The position numbers and the translations under genes were made by a program. From Nitrospirota bacterium (GTDB taxonomy: Bacteria; Nitrospirota; UBA9217), in contig CAWBNQ010000005.1 in assembly GCA_963790205.1 (NCBI GenBank), positions 1-64,000 of the forward strand: a DNA stretch of 64,000 bases, in the 5' to 3' direction. The notes under the pieces are model-generated. The model was not told where the DNA came from. It searched no databases and was given only the letters and a program-made list of their open reading frames with translations. Positions 17,402 through 28,864 of this stretch are shown one piece after another; positions within the stretch are counted from its first letter, which is position 1; each line of letters opens with the position of its first letter.

Positions 17402-19961
17402 GTGTCCACTCCCTTCGACATCAACTCCATAACAGGTCTCTCCGAGCAGGAGGCCGCCGCGCGCCTCCGGAGAGAAGGCTATAACGAACTGCCCTCAACG
17501 AAGCAGCGCAGCATCTTCGCCATCGCCTTCGACGTGGTGCGCGAACCCATGTTCCTTCTGCTCGTGGCCTGCGGCATCGTCTATCTCTTCCTCGGCGACA
17601 TGCAGGAAGCGATCATGCTGTTGGGCTTTGTTTTCGTCGTCGTCGGCATAACGTTGTACCAGGAGCGCAAGACCGAACGGGCGCTCGAGGCGCTCCGCGA
17701 TCTGTCGAGCCCCCGCGCGCTCGTGATCAGGGACAATGGGCAAAAGCGCATACCCGGCCGCGAGGTGACGCGCGGAGACGTTATTGTTCTGAACGAAGGA
17801 GACCGCGTGCCGGCGGACGCCGTGCTCATGTCCTGTCTCAACCTTTCCGTGGACGAATCGCTCCTGACCGGCGAATCCGTGTCCGTGCGCAAGACCGCCT
17901 GTGCCGGTACACCGGAAATGGGCCGCCCGGGCGGCGATGACCTGCCGTTCGTTTTTTCCGGAACGCTGGTTGTCAAGGGGCAGGGGATCGCAACGGTGCA
18001 GGCCACGGGCATCAACACCGAGATCGGCAAGATCGGGAAGGCGCTCCAGAGCCTGGAGGTGGAGGAAACGCCCCTCCAGCGGGAAACGGCGAAGATCGTC
18101 CGCAACCTGGCGTTTATCGGGCTTTTTATGTGTACCCTCGTGGTCATCGTCTACGGATTTACGAGAGGCAACTGGCTGAACGGTTTTCTGGCAGGTATTA
18201 CGCTCGCCATGGCGCTTTTGCCCGAGGAATTCCCTATGGTGCTGACCATCTTCCTCGCCTTGGGCGCGTGGCGGATCTCGCAGAAGCGGGTGCTGACCCG
18301 GCGCGTGCCGGCTGTCGAGACCCTGGGCGCGGCCACGGTGCTGTGCGTGGACAAGACCGGGACGCTCACGCAGAACCGCATGTCCGTCAACACCATATAC
18401 TCGGACGGCGCGTTCTATGAGGTGGATTACCTTACGGAAAAGTCCATCCCCGAGAACTTCCATGAAGTCGTGGAGTTCAGCATCCTGGCGAGCCAGAAGG
18501 ACCCCTTCGATCCCATGGAGAAGGCGTTCAAGGAACTCGGCAATCATTATCTTGCCCGCACCGAGCATCTCCATGACGACTGGACGCTGGTGCATGAATA
18601 TCCGCTCTCGAACAGCCTGCTGGCGCTGTCTCACGTCTGGAAGTCTCCCTCGGGAAACGAGTATGTGATCGCGGCAAAGGGATCTCCCGAGGCGATCGCC
18701 GACCTGTGCCATTGCAACGCGTCGCAGAAGAAGGAGATCTCCAACGCTATCGAGATCATGGCGAATGAGGGGCTGCGCGTCCTCGGCGTGGCCAAGGCGT
18801 ATTTCAGGTCACCGACCTGCCCGGGGAACAGCACGATTTCACGTTCGAATTTCTGGGGCTCGTGGGGCTCGCCGACCCGGTGCGTCCGGGAGTGGCGGAG
18901 GCGGTCAAGGAATGTCATACCGCGGGCATCCGCGTGGTGATGATCACCGGCGATTACCCGGGTACGGCAGCGAACATCGCGGCCCAGATCGGCCTTCAGC
19001 ACAGCGACTAACATCATCACCGGCCAGGAGCTCGACGGCATGGACGATGCCGGACTTCAAGCGCGCATCGGGACCGTCAATATCTTTGCGCGCGTCGTGC
19101 CGGAGCAGAAGCTCAGGATCGTGAACGCGCTCAAGGCCGTCGGCGAGGTCGTGGCCATGACCGGCGACGGGGTGAACGACGCGCCGGCGCTCAAGGCCGC
19201 GCACATCGGCATTGCCATGGGCGGCACGCGGCACGGACGTGGCGCGCGAGGCCTCGGCGCTCGTGCTGCTCGACGACGATTTCTCGTCCATCGTGCAGGC
19301 CGTGCGCATGGGCCGCAGGATCTTCGACAACCTGAGGAAGGCCATTGCCTACATCTTCGCCGTGCACGTGCCGATCGCGGGCATGTCGCTGCTCCCGGTC
19401 GTGTTCAAGTGGCCGCTCGTGCTTTTGCCCGTGCACATCGTGTTCCTCGAACTGATCATCGACCCGGCCTGCTCCGTCGTGTTCGAGGCCGAGCCCGAGG
19501 AAGCGGACGTGATGACCCGCCCTCCGCGCAGGCCCGACGCACCGCTCTTCGGCGCCCGCACCGTGGGGTTGAGCGTGCTCCAGGGCTTGAGCGTGCTCGT
19601 TATCCTGCTGGGCGTTTACTTTTTTGCCCTTAAGCGCGGGCGGAGCGAGGAGGACGCGCGGGCGCTCACTTTTACCACGCTGATCGTCGCCAATCTGGGC
19701 CTTATTTTCGTCAACCGTTCGTGGTCGCGTACCGTGCTGGCCACGCTGCGTTCGCCGAATACCGCGCTGTGGTGGGTCACCGGCGGCGCGCTTCTCGTTC
19801 TCGGTCTCGCGCTGTACGTGCCTTTTCTGCAGCAGCTTTTCCGCTTTTCCCTGCTCCATCCTACCGATGTCGCTCTTTGTGTCGCCGCCGGCGTTTTCAG
19901 CATCATCTGGTTCGAGGCCCTGAAAATGGTGAACCGGAGAAAAGCGGTCCCGCTCGCGTAG
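17402..19961 (+). CDS. Cation-transporting P-type ATPase (Ca2+-type), frameshifts near 18810, 19010 and 19230
   Basis: LTGES, PEEFP, DKTGTLT, MITGD and [11 protein letters not shown] motifs. Confidence 0.9.
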
Positions 19962-20241
19962 CCACCTTATTAGTAGAAGTTAGAAGTTTGAAGAGTGAAG
20001 TTTGAAGAGGCCCCTGCATCCCGCGAACAGCGACCGCGCATCGTCGTTGCCCTATTTCTTACTTCTTACTTCTTTGTCATGTCTGCGCGGACCTGTGAGC
20101 GGCGGTGCAGAAAAAAACAAAGGATCCCGCACTTCCTTGAAGTCTTTTTGTCTACCCGCATTGGAGATGATCTTAATAATATTTACTTCATTTATCAGTA
20201 ATACTCGGGTATCATAAGAAGCAACCCGGAGGAAACAAGTC

Positions 20242-20997
20242 ATGGCATTCATTTTCTTAAAGACCGCTCTCTCTTTGATCCTGCCTCCGGCAAGCCTGGT
20301 CATCATCATGGCCCTGGGTTTTCTGGTGGGACCTCGACGCGTACTCGGCAGGCTCCTCGTCGCTCTGGGTTTTCTTTTTTTGTATCTGCTGAGCATCAGC
20401 CCGATATCGGACGCGCTGCTGAAGCCGCTTGAAACGGGTCTTCCGCCCTGGAAGAACGGATCGGTCAAGGCCGTTGCCATAGTGGTGCTCGGGGGAGGGG
20501 TGAGGGACCTCACGTGGCTCGATTTGCCCTCCGAACCATCCTGCTCCTCGATGGAGCGGGTCGTCAGGGGGGTAACGATCTACCGGAAGCACCATCTTCC
20601 GCTCATTTTCATGGGGGGTAACGGCGATCCGTCGAGAACAATGACCCCCGACGCGGAGGCCATGGCGCGCACGGCCCTCGAACTCGGCGTTCCGGCCAAG
20701 GATGTCAAGGTCGAGAACAAATCAAGAAACACCCTTGAAAGCGCTCGAACGCTGAAAAGCATGATCAAAGGAAACGGCATTATCCTCGTTACATCGGCTT
20801 TTCACCTGAAGCGCGCATCGGCAATGTTCATGAAACAGGGGTTCCGCGTCATTCCTGCGCCTGCAGGGTATCGATATGAACACCAAAAACTTGCCTTCTT
20901 CTCCTTCATTCCCCATGCGGGAAATCTTGACGATTCCTCGACGGCTCTTTCCGAATATGCCAGCCTGTTCTGGTATTCGTTGAACAAGGCGATCTGA
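20242..20997 (+). CDS. YdcF/DUF218 (ElyC-like) protein
   Basis: IVVLGGG, ENKSRNTLES, LVTSAFHLKRA. Confidence 0.85.
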   Translation: MAFIFLKTALSLILPPASLVIIMALGFLVGPRRVLGRLLVALGFLFLYLLSISPISDALLKPLETGLPPWKNGSVKAVAIVVLGGGVRDLTWLDLPSEPSCSSMERVVRGVTIYRKHHLPLIFMGGNGDPSRTMTPDAEAMARTALELGVPAKDVKVENKSRNTLESARTLKSMIKGNGIILVTSAFHLKRASAMFMKQGFRVIPAPAGYRYEHQKLAFFSFIPHAGNLDDSSTALSEYASLFWYSLNKAI

Positions 20998-21361
20998 TTA
21001 ACCACAGAGCGCACAGAGAAGGTCTTGAATGTAAGGAGTAACTTCCTCCGTGTCCTCCCTCCCCATCTGCACTCTTTTTATTACCAGCTTCGTTTATTTT
21101 GTCTTATCATTTGAACCGCGAGAACACAGAACATCTTATTGATAAATAGACTCAAAGAATTTGTGTTTCCCCGGCTATTCTCAGCGACCCCTGCCCGCAC
21201 CCAGCGCTTATGAGCCTGCGGCCGGTGCTTATGAGTGCACTGCGCGAATGCAGGGTGTGGTTTCGCGCCCCTTTTCTCCCTCCCTTGACAAGACTGCCCG
21301 GCGCGGTATAATTAGTTCAGCACTAAACTATTTAGCGATAAACCTGTTGGCACGGAATGCT

Positions 21362-21817
21362 ATGGTGAAAACGAAGTATAAAGGCAGCAAGAACGAGGCA
21401 AGGGCGCTCAACGCTTATGTAAAGCTGATGCGGGCTTCGGAAAGCGTGACCGCGCGGATCCACCGTCACGTGACCGATGCAGGCCTGACCGTGACGCAGT
21501 TCGGCGTACTGGAGTCGCTCTACAGCCTGGGCCCGCTGAACCAGCGGGAAATTGCCGGCAAGATCCTTAAAAGCAGCGGGAACATTACCCTGGTCATCGA
21601 CAATCTTGAAAAAAGGGGACTGGTAAAGCGCGAGCGGAGCAAAGAGGACCGCCGTTCTTATGCCGTCGATCTGACCGCAGCGGGGCGTAAAATGATCGGG
21701 ACCATCTTTCCCCGCCATGCGGCAAAGGTCGTTGAAGAGATGAAGGCCTTGACGGGCGCGGAGCAGGAAGAGCTTTCCCGGCTTTGCCGCAAGGTGGGGT
21801 TGAAGGGGGAAACTTGA
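21362..21817 (+). CDS. MarR family regulator
   Basis: LTVTQFGVLE, SGNITLVIDNLEKRGLVKR, DRR. Confidence 0.9.
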   Translation: MVKTKYKGSKNEARALNAYVKLMRASESVTARIHRHVTDAGLTVTQFGVLESLYSLGPLNQREIAGKILKSSGNITLVIDNLEKRGLVKRERSKEDRRSYAVDLTAAGRKMIGTIFPRHAAKVVEEMKALTGAEQEELSRLCRKVGLKGET

Positions 21818-21871
21818 GAGGGATAGAAGGGTGCAGTTCACGTAAATGTATTTGTAAAAAAGGAGGTACAT

Positions 21872-22339
21872 ATGTTTAAGAAATTATTCCAGACAGAGAA
21901 TGACACCGCAACAATGATCCTCAGGGTCCTGCTCGGGGTCGTGTTCTTCCCGCACGGGATGCAGAAGCTGTTTGGCTGGTTCGGGGGCTACGGTTTCGGG
22001 GGCACCATGGGATTCTTTACCGGCCAGATGGGCATCCCCGCGGTCTTCGCGTTTCTCGCCATCATGGCTGAAGGCCTGGGTTCTCTTGGCCTGCTCACCG
22101 GCCTCTTGACCCGGATTGCCGCCTTCGGCATCACCGTCAACATGGTCGTTGCCGTGTACATGATCCATTGGCATAACGGGTTCTTCATGAACTGGTTCGG
22201 CGCCATGACGAGCGCGGGCAAGCCTGCGGGCGAAGGCTTTGAGTATCATCTCCTCGTTATCGCGATCGGCATCGCGCTTATGATCAGAGGCGGCGGGAAG
22301 TGGTCCATAGACAGGGTCATTGCAAAGGGCCAGAAATAG
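21872..22339 (+). CDS. DoxX family membrane protein
   Basis: HGMQKLFGWFGG and GEGFEYHLL. Confidence 0.9.
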   Translation: MFKKLFQTENDTATMILRVLLGVVFFPHGMQKLFGWFGGYGFGGTMGFFTGQMGIPAVFAFLAIMAEGLGSLGLLTGLLTRIAAFGITVNMVVAVYMIHWHNGFFMNWFGAMTSAGKPAGEGFEYHLLVIAIGIALMIRGGGKWSIDRVIAKGQK

Positions 22340-22383
22340 GGCCATACCAGACGGGTGTCACATGCGACGGGGTCATCCCTCAG

Positions 22384-23984
22384 CGGGCTGTTGCCCAAAT
22401 GATATTGAGAAAGCCACTCAGTAATGCTATATTGCTGCGACGTCAATCACGACATCAGGAGCCAATAGCCATGATGGGATTGCAGCAACCGCCTCAAAGC
22501 AGCTTGTTCTATATCGGCATCAATATAGAAAAACGGGTTCGTGAGAACCATCCTTTGAGAAAAGTCAATACGCTGATCGATTTCAACTTCGCCTATGACG
22601 AAGTCAAGGACTTGTACGGCAACAACGGCAACGTTTCAGTGCCACCACCAATTATCCTGAAACTGATGCTACTCCTGATCTTTTATAATGTCCGCTCGGA
22701 GCGGGAGCTGATGGACACCCTGCCAGAGCGTATGGATTGGCTCTGGTTTCTCGGGTATGACCTTGATTCTGAAATTCCCAACCATAGCGTGCTATCCAAG
22801 GCCCGCAAAAAATGGGGCCTCGATGTTTTTCAAAGGTTCTTCGAACGTATTGTTCTGCAGTGCGCGGAAGCCGGTCTTATTGACGGCCGCAAGATCTTCG
22901 TCGACTCCAGTCTGGTGGATGCAAATGCCTCCAACAGTTCGGTTCTCGATACCCGGAACCTGAAACATCAGTTGCACAAAAATTATAAAAAGCTGGAAGC
23001 CCGCTTGGAAGAACGCACCGAAAGCACTGATCCTTCCAGGACCTACGAAAAAAAGAACAACCGCTATATCTCCACCACCGACCCGGACGCGGCCCTGGTG
23101 AACCGGGGGAAATCCAAACTTTCCTACCAAGTGCATCGGGCCGTTGACGGTAAAAAAGAAATCATCACTGCAACCGACGTAGCGCCCGGCGATGTGAACG
23201 AAGCCCATCTGATGCTTTCGCTGCTTGAGCAACACCACGCAACAACGGAAGTCGAGGCCGAAACGGTTGTTGCGGACAGTAAGTACGGAACGATCGACAA
23301 CTTCCTTGCCTGCCATGACAAGGGCATAAAGGCGCATATCCCGGATTTACGAGACGTGGCGATCAATCGCATAGCGAAAACCGACATCTTTATGGAAGAT
23401 AGATTTTCCTATGATCCTGCCACCGACTCCTATATGTGCCCGGCAGGAACTCAGCTCAAGCCGAAGTCGCTGCATATAGCCAGACAAAGCCGGGATTACG
23501 CAGCGCCCAGGAAAGTCTGCGCAGCGTGCCAGCTTAGAGAGCAATGCACGAAAAACAAGTCCGGCCGAACGATCAAGCGTCATCTCCGGCAGAATGTTCT
23601 GGAGCGCATGCGTGCAATCAGTCGATCAGCCAATGCACGGTACGACATCAAAACCAGACAACACCTGATGGAGCGATCCTTTGCCAGGGGCACCCGATAC
23701 GGCTTCGATCAAGCACGCTGGCGAGGCCTTTGGCGAATGCGGGTCCAGGAATATATGACCTGTGCCATCCAGAACATGCAAGTGCTAATAGCGCATGCTT
23801 CCAAGCCGAAGAAAGCAGCTGCGGTACGGCTGCTCGTTGTTCAAAGAACAGTGGCAAAGGCTTTCGGATCGCTCATTTTGCATGTTCCCTTGAGACAGAA
23901 CCGATATTGCCCGTCATTAGCTTAGACCTCTTTACGCATCAAGGCGCTTGATCGTTCGCGGGAAGTCCTTTGGGCAACAGCCCG
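22384..23984 (+). mobile_element. IS1182-family insertion sequence
   Basis: Perfect 16-bp terminal IRs CGGGCTGTTGCCCAAA; TCAG duplication at 22380-22383 and 23985-23988. Confidence 0.9.
22471..23925 (+). CDS. IS1182-family DDE transposase
   Basis: RSERELM, PNHSVLSKAR, FVDSS, VADSKYG, CPAG...CAAC, MERSFA. Confidence 0.9.
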   Translation: MMGLQQPPQSSLFYIGINIEKRVRENHPLRKVNTLIDFNFAYDEVKDLYGNNGNVSVPPPIILKLMLLLIFYNVRSERELMDTLPERMDWLWFLGYDLDSEIPNHSVLSKARKKWGLDVFQRFFERIVLQCAEAGLIDGRKIFVDSSLVDANASNSSVLDTRNLKHQLHKNYKKLEARLEERTESTDPSRTYEKKNNRYISTTDPDAALVNRGKSKLSYQVHRAVDGKKEIITATDVAPGDVNEAHLMLSLLEQHHATTEVEAETVVADSKYGTIDNFLACHDKGIKAHIPDLRDVAINRIAKTDIFMEDRFSYDPATDSYMCPAGTQLKPKSLHIARQSRDYAAPRKVCAACQLREQCTKNKSGRTIKRHLRQNVLERMRAISRSANARYDIKTRQHLMERSFARGTRYGFDQARWRGLWRMRVQEYMTCAIQNMQVLIAHASKPKKAAAVRLLVVQRTVAKAFGSLILHVPLRQNRYCPSLA

Positions 23985-24039
23985 TCAGAAGATGACCTCG
24001 ATTTTTATATCGGGTTCTGCCTGTGTCACCTGCCGTTCG

Positions 24040-24417
24040 TGGCCACCAGGTTATTGGGGCCGCCGTCGGCCTCGGCATCGGCTCGCACCTGGTCCTCGAT
24101 CTGATCACGCACCGCAGGGACATCGCCCTTGGCCCGGCCCTGAACGGCCCGAAACTGGATCTCGGACTGTATGAAAATCTGCCAATCCCGGCGTTCATCC
24201 TGGAGCTCGGCTACGGCGCGTTCTGCTGGTGGGTCTACACAAAGGCAGCACGGCGCTGCTCGCGGCGATCATCGCTTTCAACGCTGCAAACCTTTCGATG
24301 TTCGTCAGATCCATACCGGGGATCGAGCGCGGATTGGCAAACAGGCCCCGCCTGATCGCCACCGTGATCCTCGTCCAGATCGTGGTCACACTGGTTCTCG
24401 TCGGGCTTTTAAGCTGA
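24040..24417 (+). pseudogene. 5'-truncated membrane protein remnant
   Basis: SHLVLDLITHRRD motif; frameshift near 24238; no start codon. Confidence 0.5.
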
Positions 24418-24677
24418 GCCGGGCCTGACGGCGATCCTTACGCCATGTTATGTCCACGCCGTCACGTCGCGTAAGGAAAATTCCGCATTTGAATTGCCTC
24501 TCCCCCTCTCCAGACTCCGAACTGATTTAACCCATTCCGCACTCCGCACTCTCCACTCCGCTCTGTGATCACTCCGCATTCGATAAGTCCTTGCATTTTA
24601 AAATAAGTTGTACTATGCTCCTTTTATTGAGAATATTTGTTAATTCTCAGGCGTTGATTGCGAGGGGGGATTCAGGC

Positions 24678-24950
24678 GTGTACTTCATGTCGATCAACAA
24701 GTTCAAACCCAGCGGGGACCGGGCGGAGATCAACAAGGTGATCCCCCTGCACCGGGAATGGGCGAAAAAGCAGCTTGCTGCGGGGGTCCTTGTGCAGGCC
24801 GGCAAGTGGGGCGACAACGGAGGCATGATCGTCGTCAAAGCGGAGAGCAGGGAAGAAGCTGATAAAGTAGTGAACCAGGACCCGTTCGTCGAAGCGGGCC
24901 TTATCACGTTCGAAACAGCGGAGCTTCATCCGGCAATTGCGTTCAAATAA
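24678..24950 (+). CDS. YciI family protein
   Basis: H...GVLVQAG...GGMIVVKAESREEA...DPF. Confidence 0.8.
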   Translation: MYFMSINKFKPSGDRAEINKVIPLHREWAKKQLAAGVLVQAGKWGDNGGMIVVKAESREEADKVVNQDPFVEAGLITFETAELHPAIAFK

Positions 24951-25109
24951 AAAAGAGAATGCAACGTAGGAAACAATGTTGTGGCCTCGAAATATCAAAA
25001 TACAAGATGTGACCCTGATGTCTCTAGATGTGACCCTGATATGGTTGACAGTTGTCAAGGAGAAAACAGTTTCCCCGCCCCTTTGTGTAAAAGGATGATG
25101 TTAGTTATT

Positions 25110-25300
25110 GCTCTAGGGCATAACCAGAGACGGGACCTATCGGCGACGATTGATCACTCTGATATTCGCGGATTTGACCGCATGACTTGTCTGCATCGCG
25201 GAGCTGTCTCGCTCTAAGAGCGGAAGTTCGGCTAGGCCTTATTCCATAGGGTCAACGAGAGTTCTCCTGATCGTGGTCGCGTCTCTGGTGATGCTCTAGA
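25110..25300 (-). ncRNA. Putative bridge/seek RNA of the IS110 element; ends approximate
   Basis: Two stem-internal-loop units containing matches to the target and donor junctions. Confidence 0.7.
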
Positions 25301-25365
25301 TAGTTGTATCTGATCTTGTCAGTTCTCCTTAATAGCTGTCACGTTCTTTGAAAGTGTTTCTGGTC

Positions 25366-26475
25366 TTATGCAGGCATGGGTACTTCCTTGGCAATGGCCC
25401 ACATAAACCCGGAAAGTTCTCGCGCGATCGCGGTTATGGTCCCGTTTCTGCTTTTTCCCTTGGCCATGAGTTTGCGGAATCGTCCACAGAGCCGCACTTG
25501 GGCTTTCCAGGAGATCTCCTTAATCTCGCGTGGCAAGCCTTCTTGACGCTTGAGGAGCACCCTGCTGACCTTGGCAGGGAAACTATATGTCTGTGCTGCT
25601 TCGATCAAGGCTCGCCGAGCATGGCTATTGCCCGTTTTCGTGATGCCGCCCCGCTTGGTGGTCTGGCCGCTGGAGTTTTCTGAGGGTACCAATCCCAGAT
25701 AGGCCATGAGCTGCCGGGGATTATCGAATCGTCGGAGGTCTCCGATCTCGACCACCATAGTTGTTGCAACGATGGGTGCCACGCCCCGAAGAGATTGGAG
25801 AGCAGCCACGACCGGTGCCATGCGCCATGCCGGAATCAGGTTCAATATCTGATCGGTCAAGCGGTCAACACGCTCAGAACTCTCTTCGATGCTGTTGATG
25901 TACTCCTGAAGCGTGATTTGCTGGGCCGGATGCGGCATCTTGATATCCGCAAGCCACCGCAGATGGACTACGCTCCAGGCATTTCTGCCCGAATATCGGA
26001 AGCCATGGCGGAGAATGAAAGCGCTCAAGCGTTGCCGGGCCTTCCGTGTTGCGTTTACGGCGTCCCCCCGGCCACGAACGAGATCACGCATGGCTTCGTC
26101 ATCCTCGCGGGGAACGTAAACTGGCGTCAATTCGCCCGCCCGGTAGAGTCGGGCCAGGGACAATGCATCCCGTCGGTCGGTTTTGATACGATCGCCGCTC
26201 TTCTTCGGTGTCATCGAAGGCGCGATAACATCGCAGCGGAACCCTTGAGCGGTCAGATGTCGATAGATCTCATAGCCACAGGGGCCTGCTTCATAGACGA
26301 AGCGAAGCTCAGTACCAGAACGGCGGAATTTACGGATCGCCTTGTCGAGCGACGTCAGATCGCCACCGATGGTGCCGTAGAATCTGATCTCTCCGTTTCT
26401 GCCGTCATCGGCCAGGGCGATATCAATAGAATCTTTATGTACATCGAGTCCGACAAAAATGATAGAATGTTTCAT
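25366..26475 (-). CDS. IS110-family DEDD recombinase
   Basis: FVGLDVHK, YEAGPCG, KTDRRDA, GLVPSENSSG, TKTGN. Confidence 0.95.
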   Translation of the reverse strand: MKHSIIFVGLDVHKDSIDIALADDGRNGEIRFYGTIGGDLTSLDKAIRKFRRSGTELRFVYEAGPCGYEIYRHLTAQGFRCDVIAPSMTPKKSGDRIKTDRRDALSLARLYRAGELTPVYVPREDDEAMRDLVRGRGDAVNATRKARQRLSAFILRHGFRYSGRNAWSVVHLRWLADIKMPHPAQQITLQEYINSIEESSERVDRLTDQILNLIPAWRMAPVVAALQSLRGVAPIVATTMVVEIGDLRRFDNPRQLMAYLGLVPSENSSGQTTKRGGITKTGNSHARRALIEAAQTYSFPAKVSRVLLKRQEGLPREIKEISWKAQVRLCGRFRKLMAKGKSRNGTITAIARELSGFMWAIAKEVPMPA

Positions 26476-26829
26476 GACCTGCCTCCTTGGTTGTGGCTCT
26501 GTATTTGGGAACCGGGTTCCCAAGTATAACCCACGTTGCAAGGGGCAGGTCACTTGATTTTCAACTGTCAACCATTATGTCTAATGTCTTCTACTAAGCA
26601 GATGTCCCGGCTGCACAAGCCTGCTTCCTGAATCCTTCGACGCACCGCCCGTCCTGTTCAGTCCACCTTTTGACAACGAGTCTTCAAATGGGCGACCCAT
26701 ACGTCCCTAAATTTACAAGATCCAGGTTCTTTGACCTTATTGACATTTACCGCCTGCTATGCTGAAATAGTGACAGGGAATGACGCGAATCATGACAACC
26801 CTATTCAGTGAGGAAGCGAGGAGCGGAAC

Positions 26830-28452
26830 ATGAAAACACCGGGCACGGGAGTGCTCATCGGATCAGCGGTTGGGGCATTGCTGACCGCGGCGCTAATCGC
26901 CGTCTTTTACGCGGGATGGCGGCTGGCGGACCTGCCCTTTGTTCCCTTTGATGTATTCGACTGGACGACCCGCATACTGCCTGGAGCGCTCATCGAATTC
27001 GTCATCGGCGCCATGGTGGCCACCATCCGCGTGCTGCACCTGGGCCCCACCTCGGTCGCCGCCAAAATCATTGAGCAAACGATGGGAATCATCGGGCTGT
27101 TCACCGCGGGCGTTGCTGCCGGCGGTGTTCTCTTCGGCGTGCTGCGCGTGCAGCGCGGCCAGTACGCCTACGCGTCCGGTTTATTCCTGGGATCGATCGC
27201 GGCTATTCCTTCCGTGCTCATCAGTTCTTCTCTCCGTAAGACAGCCGTCGCCTTGCCCTTGATCAGCGCGCTCTGGATCCTGTTTGTGTTCGCTTCCTGG
27301 GGCTTGGCGCTCGCCTGGGTTTATCTGCGGCTGGCGGCCATAAGCGCGGCGACGGAACAAGGTCCGGACCTCGAATCATCCGTCCAGCGGGTTAACCGGC
27401 GTCAATTCCTGGTCCGGTTGGCGGGGTACACGGCGACCATCACGGTCACCGGAGCAATGGTGGGTTTTTTGTCCGAGCGCCATAGCCGGCTGAAGCTGGA
27501 GAGCCTGATCCCTTGGTCACGAACCCACGACCTGCCGAACGACGGCGCCGCTGTCAAGCCTGCGCCCGGCACACGGCCCGAATACACCCCGTTGGAGCGG
27601 CACTACCGCATAGACATCAACACGACCCCTCCGAAGATCGACGGCTTGATGTGGCGGCTCTGGATCGAAGGATTTGTCGAAAAGCCCAGGTCATTCACGC
27701 TGGACGAACTCCGGCGCTATGAACCCATGCACCAGTTCGTCACCCTGTCCTGTATCTCCAATCCGGTGGGCGGCGATCTGATCGGCACGACCCGTTGGAC
27801 CGGCGTCAGCCTGAAAAAACTCCTGCCTGATCTCGGCCTGAAGCCCAGCGCCACGCACCTGAAAATCAGCTCGGCCGACGGGTTCTTTGAAATCCTGCCC
27901 CTGGAAACGGTCATGGCTGACGAGCGGGTGATGCTGGCCTACGCCTGGGACGAGGTGCCGCTGCCTGAGGACCACGGCTTTCCGGTGCGCATCTACATTC
28001 CGGACGTATACGGGATGAAGCAGCCCAAATGGATCGAGTCCATCGAGGCAATGGACCATTGGGAGCCGGGCTACTGGGTGGTCCGCGGCTGGGACAAGGT
28101 CGCAAAGATGAAGGCAACGTCCGTGATCGACACCATCGCCGTCGATATGACCATCATCAGCGCAGATCAGCGGAAGCTGGTGCCCATCGGAGGCATCGCC
28201 CACGCGGGCGCCCGCGGAATCTCGAAGGTCGAAATGCGGGTTGATGACGGCCCCTGGCAGGCGGCTGCGATCAGAACCCCCTTGTCGCAAACGACGTGGG
28301 TGATCTGGCGCTATGACTGGCCGTTCCTGCCTGGCAAACACACCTTTTCGGTGCGCTGTTATGACGGAAGCAACACCCCGCAGATCGTTGAAGCGATGCC
28401 GCCCGCTCCTAGCGGCGCCTCCGGACTGTTCAGTAAAAGCCAGAAATTCTGA
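26830..28452 (+). CDS. Membrane-anchored sulfite-oxidase-family molybdoenzyme
   Basis: Transmembrane region, RRQFL, TLSCISN, HGFPVR, YGMKQPKW, GYWVVRGW. Confidence 0.85.
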   Translation: MKTPGTGVLIGSAVGALLTAALIAVFYAGWRLADLPFVPFDVFDWTTRILPGALIEFVIGAMVATIRVLHLGPTSVAAKIIEQTMGIIGLFTAGVAAGGVLFGVLRVQRGQYAYASGLFLGSIAAIPSVLISSSLRKTAVALPLISALWILFVFASWGLALAWVYLRLAAISAATEQGPDLESSVQRVNRRQFLVRLAGYTATITVTGAMVGFLSERHSRLKLESLIPWSRTHDLPNDGAAVKPAPGTRPEYTPLERHYRIDINTTPPKIDGLMWRLWIEGFVEKPRSFTLDELRRYEPMHQFVTLSCISNPVGGDLIGTTRWTGVSLKKLLPDLGLKPSATHLKISSADGFFEILPLETVMADERVMLAYAWDEVPLPEDHGFPVRIYIPDVYGMKQPKWIESIEAMDHWEPGYWVVRGWDKVAKMKATSVIDTIAVDMTIISADQRKLVPIGGIAHAGARGISKVEMRVDDGPWQAAAIRTPLSQTTWVIWRYDWPFLPGKHTFSVRCYDGSNTPQIVEAMPPAPSGASGLFSKSQKF

Positions 28453-28864
28453 GGTCTCCGGCCGGACCAAACACGCCGGGTCGTTTATGACATGTTGTCC
28501 TGTACACGAATGTAAAAAAATGGAAATAAGAAAGGCTAGAATTGATGATGCTCGAACGATTCGTATAGTTTAATGAGATATTCTGGAGATAGAGAATGGT
28601 TTGGGCTATTGAGGTGCTGCCAAACGAAAGAGGCAGAAACAGAGAGGCCCAACCGTGGCCACTACGCCAAGGCTCCACGCTACGGTGCTCATCATGAGGG
28701 TCTGGAACGATCAGAAGTGAAGAATTACGATTGAAACATATAGCGCAAGAGCCTTCCTGTACTCCGCAACAGTTTCGACTTATTGAAATTGCATTGATCA
28801 TCTTGTAATCATCGTCGTATCGCCCAAAATACAGCAAAAATATTGACAACAAATCAACCCTATG

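Larger units (their letters stand above)
25038..26582 (-). mobile_element. IS110-family (IS1111-type) element
   Basis: 14-bp sub-terminal IRs at 25041-25054 and 26562-26575; CT core at both ends; long non-coding region 3' of the transposase. Confidence 0.85.
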
